DNA from: Eledone cirrhosa
Lineage: Eukaryota
Direction of reading: 5' to 3'
Assembly: GCA_964016885.1 (NCBI GenBank)
Contig: OZ024745.1
Span: 91,698,001 to 91,762,000, forward strand
Length of the DNA stretch: 64,000 nt
Below are positions 43,401-57,300 of this stretch, piece by piece. Each line of letters begins with the position of its first letter. The first letter of the stretch is position 1. The notes below the pieces were generated by a model. The model was given only the letters and a program-made list of their open reading frames with translations, ran no database searches and had not been told where the DNA came from. The translations under genes and the position numbers were made by a program.

Positions 43401-46400
43401 TGAGTATCAAACAGCTCCACTAGATACAGTAAGTTATATTACTCTGTCTGAGTATCAAACAGCTCCACTAGATACAGTAAGTTATATTACTCTGCCTGAG
43501 TATCAAACAGCTCCACTAGATACAGTAAGTTATATTACTCTGTCTGAGTATCAAACAGCTCCCCTAGATACAGTAAGTTATATTACTCTGTCTGAGTATC
43601 AAACATCTCCCCTAGATACAGTAAGTTATATTACTCTGCCTGAGTATCAAACAGCTCCACTAGATACAGTAAGTTATATTACTCTGTCTGAGTATCAAAC
43701 ACCTCCACTAGATACAGTAAGTTATATTACTCTGTCTGAGTATCAAACAGCTCCACTAGATACAGTAAGTTATATTACTCTGTCTGACTATCAAACAGCT
43801 CCACTAGATACAGTAAGTTATATTACTCTGTCTGAGTATCAAACAGCTCCACTAGATACAGTAAGTTATATTACTCTGTCTGAGTATCAAACACCGCCAC
43901 TAGATACAGTAAGTTATATTACTCTGTCTGAGTATCAAACAGCTCCACTACATACAGTAAGTTATATTACTCTGCCTGAGTATCAAACAGCTCCACTACA
44001 TACAGTAAGTTATATTACTCTGCCTGAGTATCAAACAGCTCCACTAGATACAGTAAGTTATATTACTCTGTCTGAGTATCAAACACCTCCACTAGATACA
44101 GTAAGTTATATTACTCTGTCTGAGTATCAAACAGCTCCACTAGATACAGTAAGTTATATTACTCTGTCTGAGTATCAAACAGCTCCACTAGATACAGTAA
44201 GTTATATTACTCTGTCTGAGTATCAAACAGCTCCACTAGATACAGTAAGTTATATTACTCTGTCTGAGTATCAAACAGCTCCACTAGATACAGTAAGTTA
44301 TATTACTCCGTCTGAGTATCAAACAGCTCCACTAGATACAGTAAGTTATATTACTCTGTCTGAGTATCAAACAGCTCCACTAGATACAGTAAGTTATATT
44401 ACTCTGCCTGAGTATCAAACAGCTCCACTAGATACAGTAAGTTATATTACTCTGTCTGAGTATCAAACAGCTCCACTAGATACAGTAAGTTATATTACTC
44501 TGTCTGAGTATCAAACACCGCCACTAGATACAGTAAGTTATATTACTCTGTCTGAGTATCAAACAGCTCCACTACATACAGTAAGTTATATTACTCTGCC
44601 TGAGTATCAAACAGCTCCACTACATACAGTAAGTTATATTACTCTGCCTGAGTATCAAACAGCTCCACTAGATACAGTAAGTTATATTACTCTGTCTGAG
44701 TATCAAACACCTCCACTAGATACAGTAAGTTATATTACTCTGTCTGAGTATCAAACAGCTCCACTAGATACAGTAAGTTATATTACTCTGTCTGAGTATC
44801 AAACAGCTCCACTAGATACAGTAAGTTATATTACTCTGTCTGAGTATCAAACAGCTCCACTAGATACAGTAAGTTATATTACTCTGTCTGAGTATCAAAC
44901 AGCTCCACTAGATACAGTAAGTTATATTACTCCGTCTGAGTATCAAACAGCTCCACTAGATACAGTAAGTTATATTACTCTGTCTGAGTATCAAACAGCT
45001 CCACTAGATACAGTAAGTTATATTACTCTGCCTGAGTATCAAACAGCTCCACTAGATACAGTAAGTTATATTACTCTGCCTGAGTATCAAACAGCTCCAC
45101 TACATACAGTAAGTTATATTACTCCGCCTGAGTATCAAACAGCTCCACTACATACAGTAAGTTATATTACTCTGCCTGAGTATCAAACAGCTCCCGTAGA
45201 TACGGTAAGTTATATTACTCTGTCTGAGTATCAAACAGCTCCACTAGATACAGTAAGTTATATTACTCTGTCTGAGTATCAAACAGCTCCACTAGATACA
45301 GTAAGTTATATTACTCTGCCTGAGTATCAAACAGCTCCACTAGATACAGTAAGTTATATTACTCTGCCTGAGTATCAAACAGCTCCACTAGATACAGTAA
45401 GTTATATTACTCTGTCTGAGTATCAAACAGCTCCACTACATACAGTAAGTTATATTACTCTGCCTGAGTATCAAACAGCTCCACTAGATACAGTAAGTTA
45501 TATTACTCTGTCTGAGTATCAAACAGCTCCACTAGATACAGTAAGTTATATTACTCTGTCTGAGTATCAAACAGCTCCACTAGATACAGTAAGTTATATT
45601 ACTCTGCCTGAGTATCAAACAGCTCCACTAGATACAGTAAGTTATATTACTCTGTCTGAGTATCAAACAGCTCCCCTAGATACAGTAAGTTATATTACTC
45701 TGTCTGAGTATCAAACATCTCCCCTAGATACAGTAAGTTATATTACTCTGCCTGAGTATCAAACAGCTCCACTAGATACAGTAAGTTATATTACTCTGTC
45801 TGAGTATCAAACAGCTCCACTACATACAGTAAGTTATATTACTCTGTCTGAGTATCAAACACCTCCACTAGATACAGTAAGTTATATTACTCTGTCTGAG
45901 TATCAAACAGCTCCACTAGATACAGTAAGTTATATTACTCTGTCTGACTATCAAACAGCTCCACTAGATACAGTAAGTTATATTACTCTGTCTGAGTATC
46001 AAACAGCTCCACTAGATACAGTAAGTTATATTACTCTGTCTGAGTATCAAACACCGCCACTAGATACAGTAAGTTATATTACTCTGTCTGAGTATCAAAC
46101 AGCTCCACTACATACAGTAAGTTATATTACTCTGCCTGAGTATCAAACAGCTCCACTACATACAGTAAGTTATATTACTCTGCCTGAGTATCAAACAGCT
46201 CCACTAGATACAGTAAGTTATATTACTCTGTCTGAGTATCAAACACCTCCACTAGATACAGTAAGTTATATTACTCTGTCTGAGTATCAAACAGCTCCAC
46301 TAGATACAGTAAGTTATATTACTCTGTCTGAGTATCAAACAGCTCCACTAGATACAGTAAGTTATATTACTCTGTCTGAGTATCAAACAGCTCCACTAGA

Positions 46401-49400
46401 TACAGTAAGTTATATTACTCTGTCTGAGTATCAAACAGCTCCACTAGATACAGTAAGTTATATTACTCCGTCTGAGTATCAAACAGCTCCACTAGATACA
46501 GTAAGTTATATTACTCTGTCTGAGTATCAAACAGCTCCACTAGATACAGTAAGTTATATTACTCTGCCTGAGTATCAAACAGCTCCACTAGATACAGTAA
46601 GTTATATTACTCTGTCTGAGTATCAAACAGCTCCACTACATACAGTAAGTTATATTACTCTGCCTGAGTATCAAACAGCTCCACTAGATACAGTAAGTTA
46701 TATTACTCTGCCTGAGTATCAAACAGCTCCACTAGATACAGTAAGTTATATTACTCTGTCTGAGTATCAAACAGCTCCACTAGATACAGTAAGTTATATT
46801 ACTCTGCCTGAGTATCAAACAGCTCCACTAGATACAGTAAGTTATATTACTCTGCCTGAGTATCAAATAGCTTCACTAGATACAGTAAGTTATATTACAC
46901 TGCCTGAGTATCAAACAGCTCCACTAGGTACAGTAAGTTATATTACCCTGCCTGAGTATCAAATAGCTTCACTAGATACAGTAAGTTATATTACACTGTC
47001 TGAGTATCAAACAGCTCCACTAGGTACAGTAAGTTATATTACTCTGCCTGAGTATCAAACAGTTCCACTAGATGCAGTAAGTTATATTACTCTGCCTGAG
47101 TATCAAACAACTCCACTAGATACAGTAAGTTATATTACTCTGCCTGAGTATCAAACAGCTCCACTAGATACAGTAAGTTATATTACTCCGTCTGAGTATC
47201 AAACAGCTCCACTAGATACAGTAAGTTATATTACTCTGTCTGAGTATCAAACAGCTCCACTAGATACAGTAAGTTATATTACTCTGCCTGAGTATCAAAC
47301 AGCTCCACTAGATACAGTAAGTTATATTACTCTGTCTGAGTATCAAACAGCTCCGCTAGATACAGTAAGTTATATTACTCTGTCTGAGTATCAAACATCT
47401 CCCCTAGATACAGTAAGTTATATTACTCTGCCTGAGTATCAAACAGCTCCACTACATACAGTAAGTTATATTACTCCGCCTGAGTATCAAACAGCTCCAC
47501 TACATACAGTAAGTTATATTACTCCGCCTGAGTATCAAACAGCTCCCGTAGATACGGTAAGTTATATTACTCTGTCTGAGTATCAAACAGCTCCACTAGA
47601 TACAGTAAGTTATATTACTCTGTCTGAGTATCAAACAGCTCCACTAGATACAGTAAGTTATATTACTCTGCCTGAGTATCAAACAGCTCCACTAGATACA
47701 GTAAGTTATATTACTCTGCCTGAGTATCAAACAGCTCCACTAGATACAGTAAGTTATATTACTCTGTCTGAGTATCAAACAGCTCCACTAGATACAGTAA
47801 GTTATATTACTCTGTCTGAGTATCAAACAGCTCCACTAGATACAGTAAGTTATATTACTCTGCCTGAGTATCAAACAGCTCCACTAGATACAGTAAGTTA
47901 TATTACTCTGTCTGAGTATCAAACAGCTCCCCTAGATACAGTAAGTTATATTACTCTGTCTGAGTATCAAACATCTCCCCTAGATACAGTAAGTTATATT
48001 ACTCTGCCTGAGTATCAAACAGCTCCACTAGATACAGTAAGTTATATTACTCTGTCTGAGTATCAAACAGCTCCACTACATACAGTAAGTTATATTACTC
48101 TGTCTGAGTATCAAACACCTCCACTAGATACAGTAAGTTATATTACTCTGTCTGAGTATCAAACAGCTCCACTAGATACAGTAAGTTATATTACTCTGTC
48201 TGAGTATCAAACAGCTCCACTAGATACAGTAAGTTATATTACTCTGTCTGAGTATCAAACAGCTCCACTAGATACAGTAAGTTATATTACTCTGTCTGAG
48301 TATCAAACAGCTCCACTAGATACAGTAAGTTATATTACTCTGTCTGAGTATCAAACAGCTCCACTACATACAGTAAGTTATATTACTCCGCCTGAGTATC
48401 AAACAGCTCCACTACATACAGTAAGTTATATTACTCTGCCTGAGTATCAAACAGCTCCCGTAGATACGGTAAGTTATATTACTCTGTCTGAGTATCAAAC
48501 AGCTCCACTAGATACAGTAAGTTATATTACTCTGTCTGAGTATCAAACAGCTCCACTAGATACAGTAAGTTATATTACTCTGCCTGAGTATCAAACAGCT
48601 CCACTAGATACAGTAAGTTATATTACTCTGCCTGAGTATCAAACAGCTCCACTAGATACAGTAAGTTATATTACTCTGTCTGAGTATCAAACAGCTCCAC
48701 TACATACAGTAAGTTATATTACTCTGCCTGAGTATCAAACAGCTCCACTAGATACAGTAAGTTATATTACTCTGTCTGAGTATCAAACAGCTCCACTAGA
48801 TACAGTAAGTTATATTACTCTGTCTGAGTATCAAACAGCTCCACTAGATACAGTAAGTTATATTACTCTGCCTGAGTATCAAACAGCTCCACTAGATACA
48901 GTAAGTTATATTACTCTGTCTGAGTATCAAACAGCTCCCCTAGATACAGTAAGTTATATTACTCTGTCTGAGTATCAAACATCTCCCCTAGATACAGTAA
49001 GTTATATTACTCTGCCTGAGTATCAAACAGCTCCACTAGATACAGTAAGTTATATTACTCTGTCTGAGTATCAAACAGCTCCACTACATACAGTAAGTTA
49101 TATTACTCTGTCTGAGTATCAAACACCTCCACTAGATACAGTAAGTTATATTACTCTGTCTGAGTATCAAACAGCTCCACTAGATACAGTAAGTTATATT
49201 ACTCTGTCTGACTATCAAACAGCTCCACTAGATACAGTAAGTTATATTACTCTGTCTGAGTATCAAACAGCTCCACTAGATACAGTAAGTTATATTACTC
49301 TGTCTGAGTATCAAACACCGCCACTAGATACAGTAAGTTATATTACTCTGTCTGAGTATCAAACAGCTCCACTACATACAGTAAGTTATATTACTCTGCC

Positions 49401-52400
49401 TGAGTATCAAACAGCTCCACTACATACAGTAAGTTATATTACTCTGCCTGAGTATCAAACAGCTCCACTAGATACAGTAAGTTATATTACTCTGTCTGAG
49501 TATCAAACACCTCCACTAGATACAGTAAGTTATATTACTCTGTCTGAGTATCAAACAGCTCCACTAGATACAGTAAGTTATATTACTCTGTCTGAGTATC
49601 AAACAGCTCCACTAGATACAGTAAGTTATATTACTCTGTCTGAGTATCAAACAGCTCCACTAGATACAGTAAGTTATATTACTCTGTCTGAGTATCAAAC
49701 AGCTCCACTAGATACAGTAAGTTATATTACTCCGTCTGAGTATCAAACAGCTCCACTAGATACAGTAAGTTATATTACTCTGTCTGAGTATCAAACAGCT
49801 CCACTAGATACAGTAAGTTATATTACTCTGCCTGAGTATCAAACAGCTCCACTAGATACAGTAAGTTATATTACTCTGTCTGAGTATCAAACAGCTCCAC
49901 TAGATACAGTAAGTTATATTACTCTGTCTGAGTATCAAACACCGCCACTAGATACAGTAAGTTATATTACTCTGTCTGAGTATCAAACAGCTCCACTACA
50001 TACAGTAAGTTATATTACTCTGCCTGAGTATCAAACAGCTCCACTAGATACAGTAAGTTATATTACTCTGCCTGAGTATCAAACAGCTCCACTAGATACA
50101 GTAAGTTATATTACTCTGTCTGAGTATCAAACAGCTCCACTACATACAGTAAGTTATATTACTCTGCCTGAGTATCAAACAGCTCCACTAGATACAGTAA
50201 GTTATATTACTCTGCCTGAGTATCAAACAGCTCCACTAGATACAGTAAGTTATATTACTCTGTCTGAGTATCAAACAGCTCCACTAGATACAGTAAGTTA
50301 TATTACTCTGCCTGAGTATCAAACAGCTCCACTAGATACAGTAAGTTATATTACTCTGCCTGAGTATCAAATAGCTTCACTAGATACAGTAAGTTATATT
50401 ACACTGCCTGAGTATCAAACAGCTCCACTAGGTACAGTAAGTTATATTACCCTGCCTGAGTATCAAATAGCTTCACTAGATACAGTAAGTTATATTACAC
50501 TGTCTGAGTATCAAACAGCTCCACTAGGTACAGTAAGTTATATTACTCTGCCTGAGTATCAAACAGTTCCACTAGATGCAGTAAGTTATATTACTCTGCC
50601 TGAGTATCAAACAACTCCACTAGATACAGTAAGTTATATTACTCTGCCTGAGTATCAAACAGCTCCACTAGATACAGTAAGTTATATTACTCCGTCTGAG
50701 TATCAAACAGCTCCACTAGATACAGTAAGTTATATTACTCTGTCTGAGTATCAAACAGCTCCACTAGATACAGTAAGTTATATTACTCTGCCTGAGTATC
50801 AAACAGCTCCACTAGATACAGTAAGTTATATTACTCTGTCTGAGTATCAAACAGCTCCGCTAGATACAGTAAGTTATATTACTCTGTCTGAGTATCAAAC
50901 ATCTCCCCTAGATACAGTAAGTTATATTACTCTGCCTGAGTATCAAACAGCTCCACTACATACAGTAAGTTATATTACTCCGCCTGAGTATCAAACAGCT
51001 CCACTACATACAGTAAGTTATATTACTCCGCCTGAGTATCAAACAGCTCCCGTAGATACGGTAAGTTATATTACTCTGTCTGAGTATCAAACAGCTCCAC
51101 TAGATACAGTAAGTTATATTACTCTGTCTGAGTATCAAACAGCTCCACTAGATACAGTAAGTTATATTACTCTGCCTGAGTATCAAACAGCTCCACTAGA
51201 TACAGTAAGTTATATTACTCTGCCTGAGTATCAAACAGCTCCACTAGATACAGTAAGTTATATTACTCTGTCTGAGTATCAAACAGCTCCACTAGATACA
51301 GTAAGTTATATTACTCTGTCTGAGTATCAAACAGCTCCACTAGATACAGTAAGTTATATTACTCTGCCTGAGTATCAAACAGCTCCACTAGATACAGTAA
51401 GTTATATTACTCTGTCTGAGTATCAAACAGCTCCCCTAGATACAGTAAGTTATATTACTCTGTCTGAGTATCAAACATCTCCCCTAGATACAGTAAGTTA
51501 TATTACTCTGCCTGAGTATCAAACAGCTCCACTAGATACAGTAAGTTATATTACTCTGTCTGAGTATCAAACAGCTCCACTACATACAGTAAGTTATATT
51601 ACTCTGTCTGAGTATCAAACACCTCCACTAGATACAGTAAGTTATATTACTCTGTCTGAGTATCAAACAGCTCCACTAGATACAGTAAGTTATATTACTC
51701 TGTCTGAGTATCAAACAGCTCCACTAGATACAGTAAGTTATATTACTCTGTCTGAGTATCAAACAGCTCCACTAGATACAGTAAGTTATATTACTCTGTC
51801 TGAGTATCAAACACCGCCACTAGATACAGTAAGTTATATTACTCTGTCTGAGTATCAAACAGCTCCACTACATACAGTAAGTTATATTACTCTGCCTGAG
51901 TATCAAACAGCTCCACTACATACAGTAAGTTATATTACTCTGCCTGAGTATCAAACAGCTCCACTAGATACAGTAAGTTATATTACTCTGTCTGAGTATC
52001 AAACACCTCCACTAGATACAGTAAGTTATATTACTCTGTCTGAGTATCAAACAGCTCCACTAGATACAGTAAGTTATATTACTCTGTCTGAGTATCAAAC
52101 AGCTCCACTAGATACAGTAAGTTATATTACTCTGTCTGAGTATCAAACAGCTCCACTAGATACAGTAAGTTATATTACTCTGTCTGAGTATCAAACAGCT
52201 CCACTAGATACAGTAAGTTATATTACTCCGTCTGAGTATCAAACAGCTCCACTAGATACAGTAAGTTATATTACTCTGTCTGAGTATCAAACAGCTCCAC
52301 TAGATACAGTAAGTTATATTACTCTGCCTGAGTATCAAACAGCTCCACTAGATACAGTAAGTTATATTACTCTGTCTGAGTATCAAACAGCTCCCCTAGA

Positions 52401-54381
52401 TACAGTAAGTTATATTACTCTGTCTGAGTATCAAATATCTCCCCTAGATACAGTAAGTTATATTACTCTGCCTGAGTATCAAACAGCTCCACTACATACA
52501 GTAAGTTATATTACTCCGCCTGAGTATCAAACAGCTCCACTACATACAGTAAGTTATATTACTCTGCCTGAGTATCAAACAGCTCCCGTAGATACGGTAA
52601 GTTATATTACTCTGTCTGAGTATCAAACAGCTCCACTAGATACAGTAAGTTATAATACTCTGTCTGAGTATCAAACAGCTCCACTAGATACAGTAAGTTA
52701 TATTACTCTGCCTGAGTATCAAACAGCTCCACTAGATACAGTAAGTTATATTACTCTGCCTGAGTATCAAACAGCTCCACTAGATACAGTAAGTTATATT
52801 ACTCTGTCTGAGTATCAAACAGCTCCACTACATACAGTAAGTTATATTACTCTGCCTGAGTATCAAACAGCTCCACTAGATACAGTAAGTTATATTACTC
52901 TGCCTGAGTATCAAACAGCTCCACTAGATACAGTAAGTTTTATTACTCTGTCTGAGTATCAAACAGCTCCCCTAGATACAGTAAGTTATATTACTCTGTC
53001 TGAGTATCAAACATCTCCCCTAGATACAGTAAGTTATATTACTCTGCCTGAGTATCAAACAGCTCCACTAGATACAGTAAGTTATATTACTCTGTCTGAG
53101 TATCAAACAGCTCCACTACATACAGTAAGTTATATTACTCTGTCTGAGTATCAAACACCTCCACTAGATACAGTAAGTTATATTACTCTGTCTGAGTATC
53201 AAACAGCTCCACTAGATACAGTAAGTTATATTACTCTGTCTGAGTATCAAACACCTCCACTAGATACAGTAAGTTATATTACTCTGTCTGAGTATCAAAC
53301 AGCTCCACTAGATACAGTAAGTTATATTACTCTCCCTGAGTATCAAACAGCTCCACTAGATACAGTAAGTTATATTACTCTGTCTGATTATCAAACAGCT
53401 CCACTACATACAGTAAGTTATATTACTCTGCCTGAGTATCAAACAGCTCCACTACATACAGTAAGTTATATTACTCTGCCTGAGTATCAAACAGCTCCAC
53501 TAGATACAGTAAGTTATATTACTTTGTCTGAGTATCAAACACCTCCACTAGATACAGTAAGTTATATTACTCTGTCTGAGTATCAAACAGCTCCACTAGA
53601 TACAGTAAGTTATATTACTCTGTCTGAGTATCAAACAGCTCCACTAGATACAGTAAGTTATATTACTCTGTCTGAGTATCAAACAGCTCCACTAGATACA
53701 GTAAGTTATATTACTCCGTCTGAGTATCAAACAGCTCCACTAGATACAGTAAGTTATATTACTCTGTCTGAGTATCAAACAGCTCCACTAGATACAGTAA
53801 GTTATATTACTCTGCCTGAGTATCAAACAGCTCCACTAGATACAGTAAGTTATATTACTCTGCCTGAGTATCAAATAGCTTCACTAGATACAGTAAGTTA
53901 TATTACACTGCCTGAGTATCAAACAGCTCCACTAGGTACAGTAAGTTATATTACTCTGCCTGAGTATCAAATAGCTTCACTAGATACAGTAAGTTATATT
54001 ACACTGCCTGAGTATCAAACAGCTCCACTAGGTACAGTAAGTTATATTACTCTGCCTGAGTATCAAACAGTTCCACTAGATGCAGTAAGTTATATTACTC
54101 TGCCTGAGTATCAAACAACTCCACTAGATACAGTAAGTTATATTACTCTGCCTGAGTATCAAACAGCTCCACTAGATACAGTAAGTTATATTACTCTGCC
54201 TGAGTATCAAACAGCTCCACTAGATACAGTAAGTTATATTACTCTGTCTGAGTATCAAACAGCTCCACTAGATACAGTAAGTTATATTACTCTGACTGAG
54301 TATCAAACAGCTCCACTAGATACAGTAAGTTATATTACTCTGCCTGAGTATCAAACAGCTCCACTAGATACAGTAAGTTAA
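40414..54381 (+). other. Longest stop-free reading frame (291 monomers) of the same 16-aa repeat; not called as a CDS
   Basis: The frame is open between TAA variants ending at 40413 and 54381. The ORF-track start at 42532 is a variant TTG. Confidence refers to real coding function. Confidence 0.1.
46570..51780. repeat. Block duplication with 73-monomer (3,504-bp) offset; boundaries approximate
   Basis: ATAGCTTCA cassette at 46867/50371 and private CCGCTA variant at 47355/50859. Confidence 0.85.
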
Positions 54382-57300
54382 TTTACTCTGTCTGAGTATC
54401 AAATAGCTCCACTAGATACAGTAAGTTATATTACTCTGTCTGAGTATCAAACAGCTCCACTAGATACAGTAAGTTATATTACTCTGTCTGAGTATCAAAC
54501 AGCTCCACTAGATACAGTAAGTTATATTACTCTGTCTGAGTATCAAACAGCTCCTTTAGATACAGTAAGTTATATTACTCTGCCTGAGTATCAAATAGCT
54601 CCACTAGATACAGTAAGTTATATTACTCTGCCTGAGTATCAAACAGCTCCACTAGGTACAGTAAGTTATGTTACTCTGCCTGAGTATCAAACAGCTCCAC
54701 TAGATGCAGTAAGTTATATTACTCTGCCTGAGTATCAAACAGCTCCACTAGATACAGTAAGTTATATTACTCTGTCTGAGTATCAAACAGCTCCACTAGA
54801 TACAGTAAGTTATATTACTCTGCCTGAGTATCAAACAGCTCCACTAGATACAGTAAGTTATATTACTCTGCCTGAGTATCAAACAGCTCCACTAGATACA
54901 GTAAGTTATATTACTCTGTCTGAGTATCAAACAGCTCCACTAGATACAGTAAGTTATATTACTCTGCCTGAGTATCAAACAGCTCCACTAGATACAGTAA
55001 GTTATATTACTCTGCCTGAGTATCAAACAGCTCCACTAGATACAGTAAGTTCTATTACTCTGTCTGAGTATCAAACAGCTCCACTAGATACAGTAAGTTA
55101 TATTACTCTGTCTGAGTATCAAACAGCTCCACTAGATACAGTAAGTTATATTACTCTGTCTGAGTATCAAACAGCTCCACTAGATACAGTAAGTTATATT
55201 ACTCTGTCTGAGTATCAAACAGCTCCACTAGATACAGTAAGTTATATTACTCTGTCTGAGTATCAAACACCTCCACTAGATACAGTAAGTTATATTACTC
55301 TGTCTGAGTATCAAACAGCTCCACTAGATACAGTAAGTTATATTACTCTGTCTGAGTATCAAACAGCTCCACTAGATACAGTAAGTTATATTACTCTGTC
55401 TGAGTATCAAACAGCTCCACTAGATACAGTAAGTTATATTACTCTGCCTGAGTATCAAACAGCTCCACTAGATACAGTAAGTTATATTACTCTGCCTGAG
55501 TATCAAACAGCTCCACTAGATACAGTAAGTTATATTACTCTGTCTGAGTATCAAACAGCTCCACTAGATACAGTAAGTTATATTACTCTGCCTGAGTATC
55601 AAACAGCTCCACTAGATACAGTAAGTTATATTACTCTGTCTGAGTATCAAACAGCTCCCCTAGATACAGTAAGTTATATTACTCTGTCTGAGTATCAAAC
55701 ATCTCCCCTAGATACAGTAAGTCATATTACTCTGCCTGAGTATCAGACAGCTCCACTAGATACAGTAAGTTATATTACTCTGTCTGAGTATCAAACAGCT
55801 CCACTAGATACAGTAAGTTATATTACTCTGTCTGAGTATCAAACACCTCCACTAGATACAGTAAGTTATATTACTCTGTCTGAGTATCAAACACCTCCAC
55901 TAGATACAGTAAGTTATATTACTCTGTCTGAGTATCAAACAGCTCCACTAGATACAGTAAGTTATATTACTCTGTCTGAGTATCAAACAGCTCCAATAGA
56001 TACAGTAAGTTATATTACTCTGTCTGAGTATCAAACAGCTCCACTAGATACAGTAAGTTATATTACTCTGTCTGAGTATCAAACACCTCCACTAGATACA
56101 GTAAGTTATATTACTCTGTCTGAGTATCAAACAGCTCCACTAGATACAGTAAGTTATATTACTCTGTCTGAGTATCAAACAGCTCCACTAGATACAGTAA
56201 GTTATATTACTCTGTCTGAGTATCAAACACCTCCACTAGATACAGTAAGTTATATTACTCTCCCTGAGTATCAAACAGCTCCACTAGATACAGTAAGTTA
56301 TATTACTCTCCCTGAGTATCAAACAGCTCCACTAGATACAGTAAGTTATATTACTCTGTCTGATTATCAAACAGCTCCACTACATACAGTAAGTTATATT
56401 ACTCTGCCTGAGTATCAAACAGCTCCACTACATACAGTAAGTTATATTACTCTGCCTGAGTATCAAACAGCTCCACTAGATACAGTAAGTTATATTACTC
56501 TGTCTGAGTATCAAACATCTCCCCTAGATACAGTAAGTTATATTACTCTGCCTGAGTATCAAACAGCTCCACTAGATACAGTAAGTTATATTACTCTGTC
56601 TGAGTATCAAACAGCTCCACTAGATACAGTAAGTTATATTACTCTGCCTGAGTATCAAACAGCTCCACTAGATACAGTAAGTTATATTACTCTGTCTGAG
56701 TATCAAACAGCTCCACTACATACAGTAAGTTATATTACTCTGTCTGAGTATCAAACAGCTCCACTAGATACAGTAAGTTATATTACTCTGCCTGAGTATC
56801 AAACAGCTCCACTAGATACAGTAAGTTATATTACTCTGTCTGAGTATCAAACAGCTCCACTACATACAGTAAGTTATATTACTCTGCCTGAGTATCAAAC
56901 GGCTCCACTAGATACAGTAAGTTATATTACTCTGCCTGAGTATCAAACAGCTCCACTAGATACAGTAAGTTATATTACTCTGTCTGAGTATCAAACAGCT
57001 CCACTAGATACAGTAAGTTATATTACTCTGTCTGAGTATCAAACAGCTCCCCTAGATACAGTAAGTTATATTACTCTGTCTGAGTATCAAACATCTCCCC
57101 TAGATACAGTAAGTTATATTACTCTGCCTGAGTATCAAACAGCTCCACTAGATACAGTAAGTTATATTACTCTGTCTGAGTATCAAATATCTCCCCTAGA
57201 TACAGTAAGTTATATTACTCTGCCTGAGTATCAAACAGCTCCACTACATACAGTAAGTTATATTACTCCGCCTGAGTATCAAACAGCTCCACTACATACA

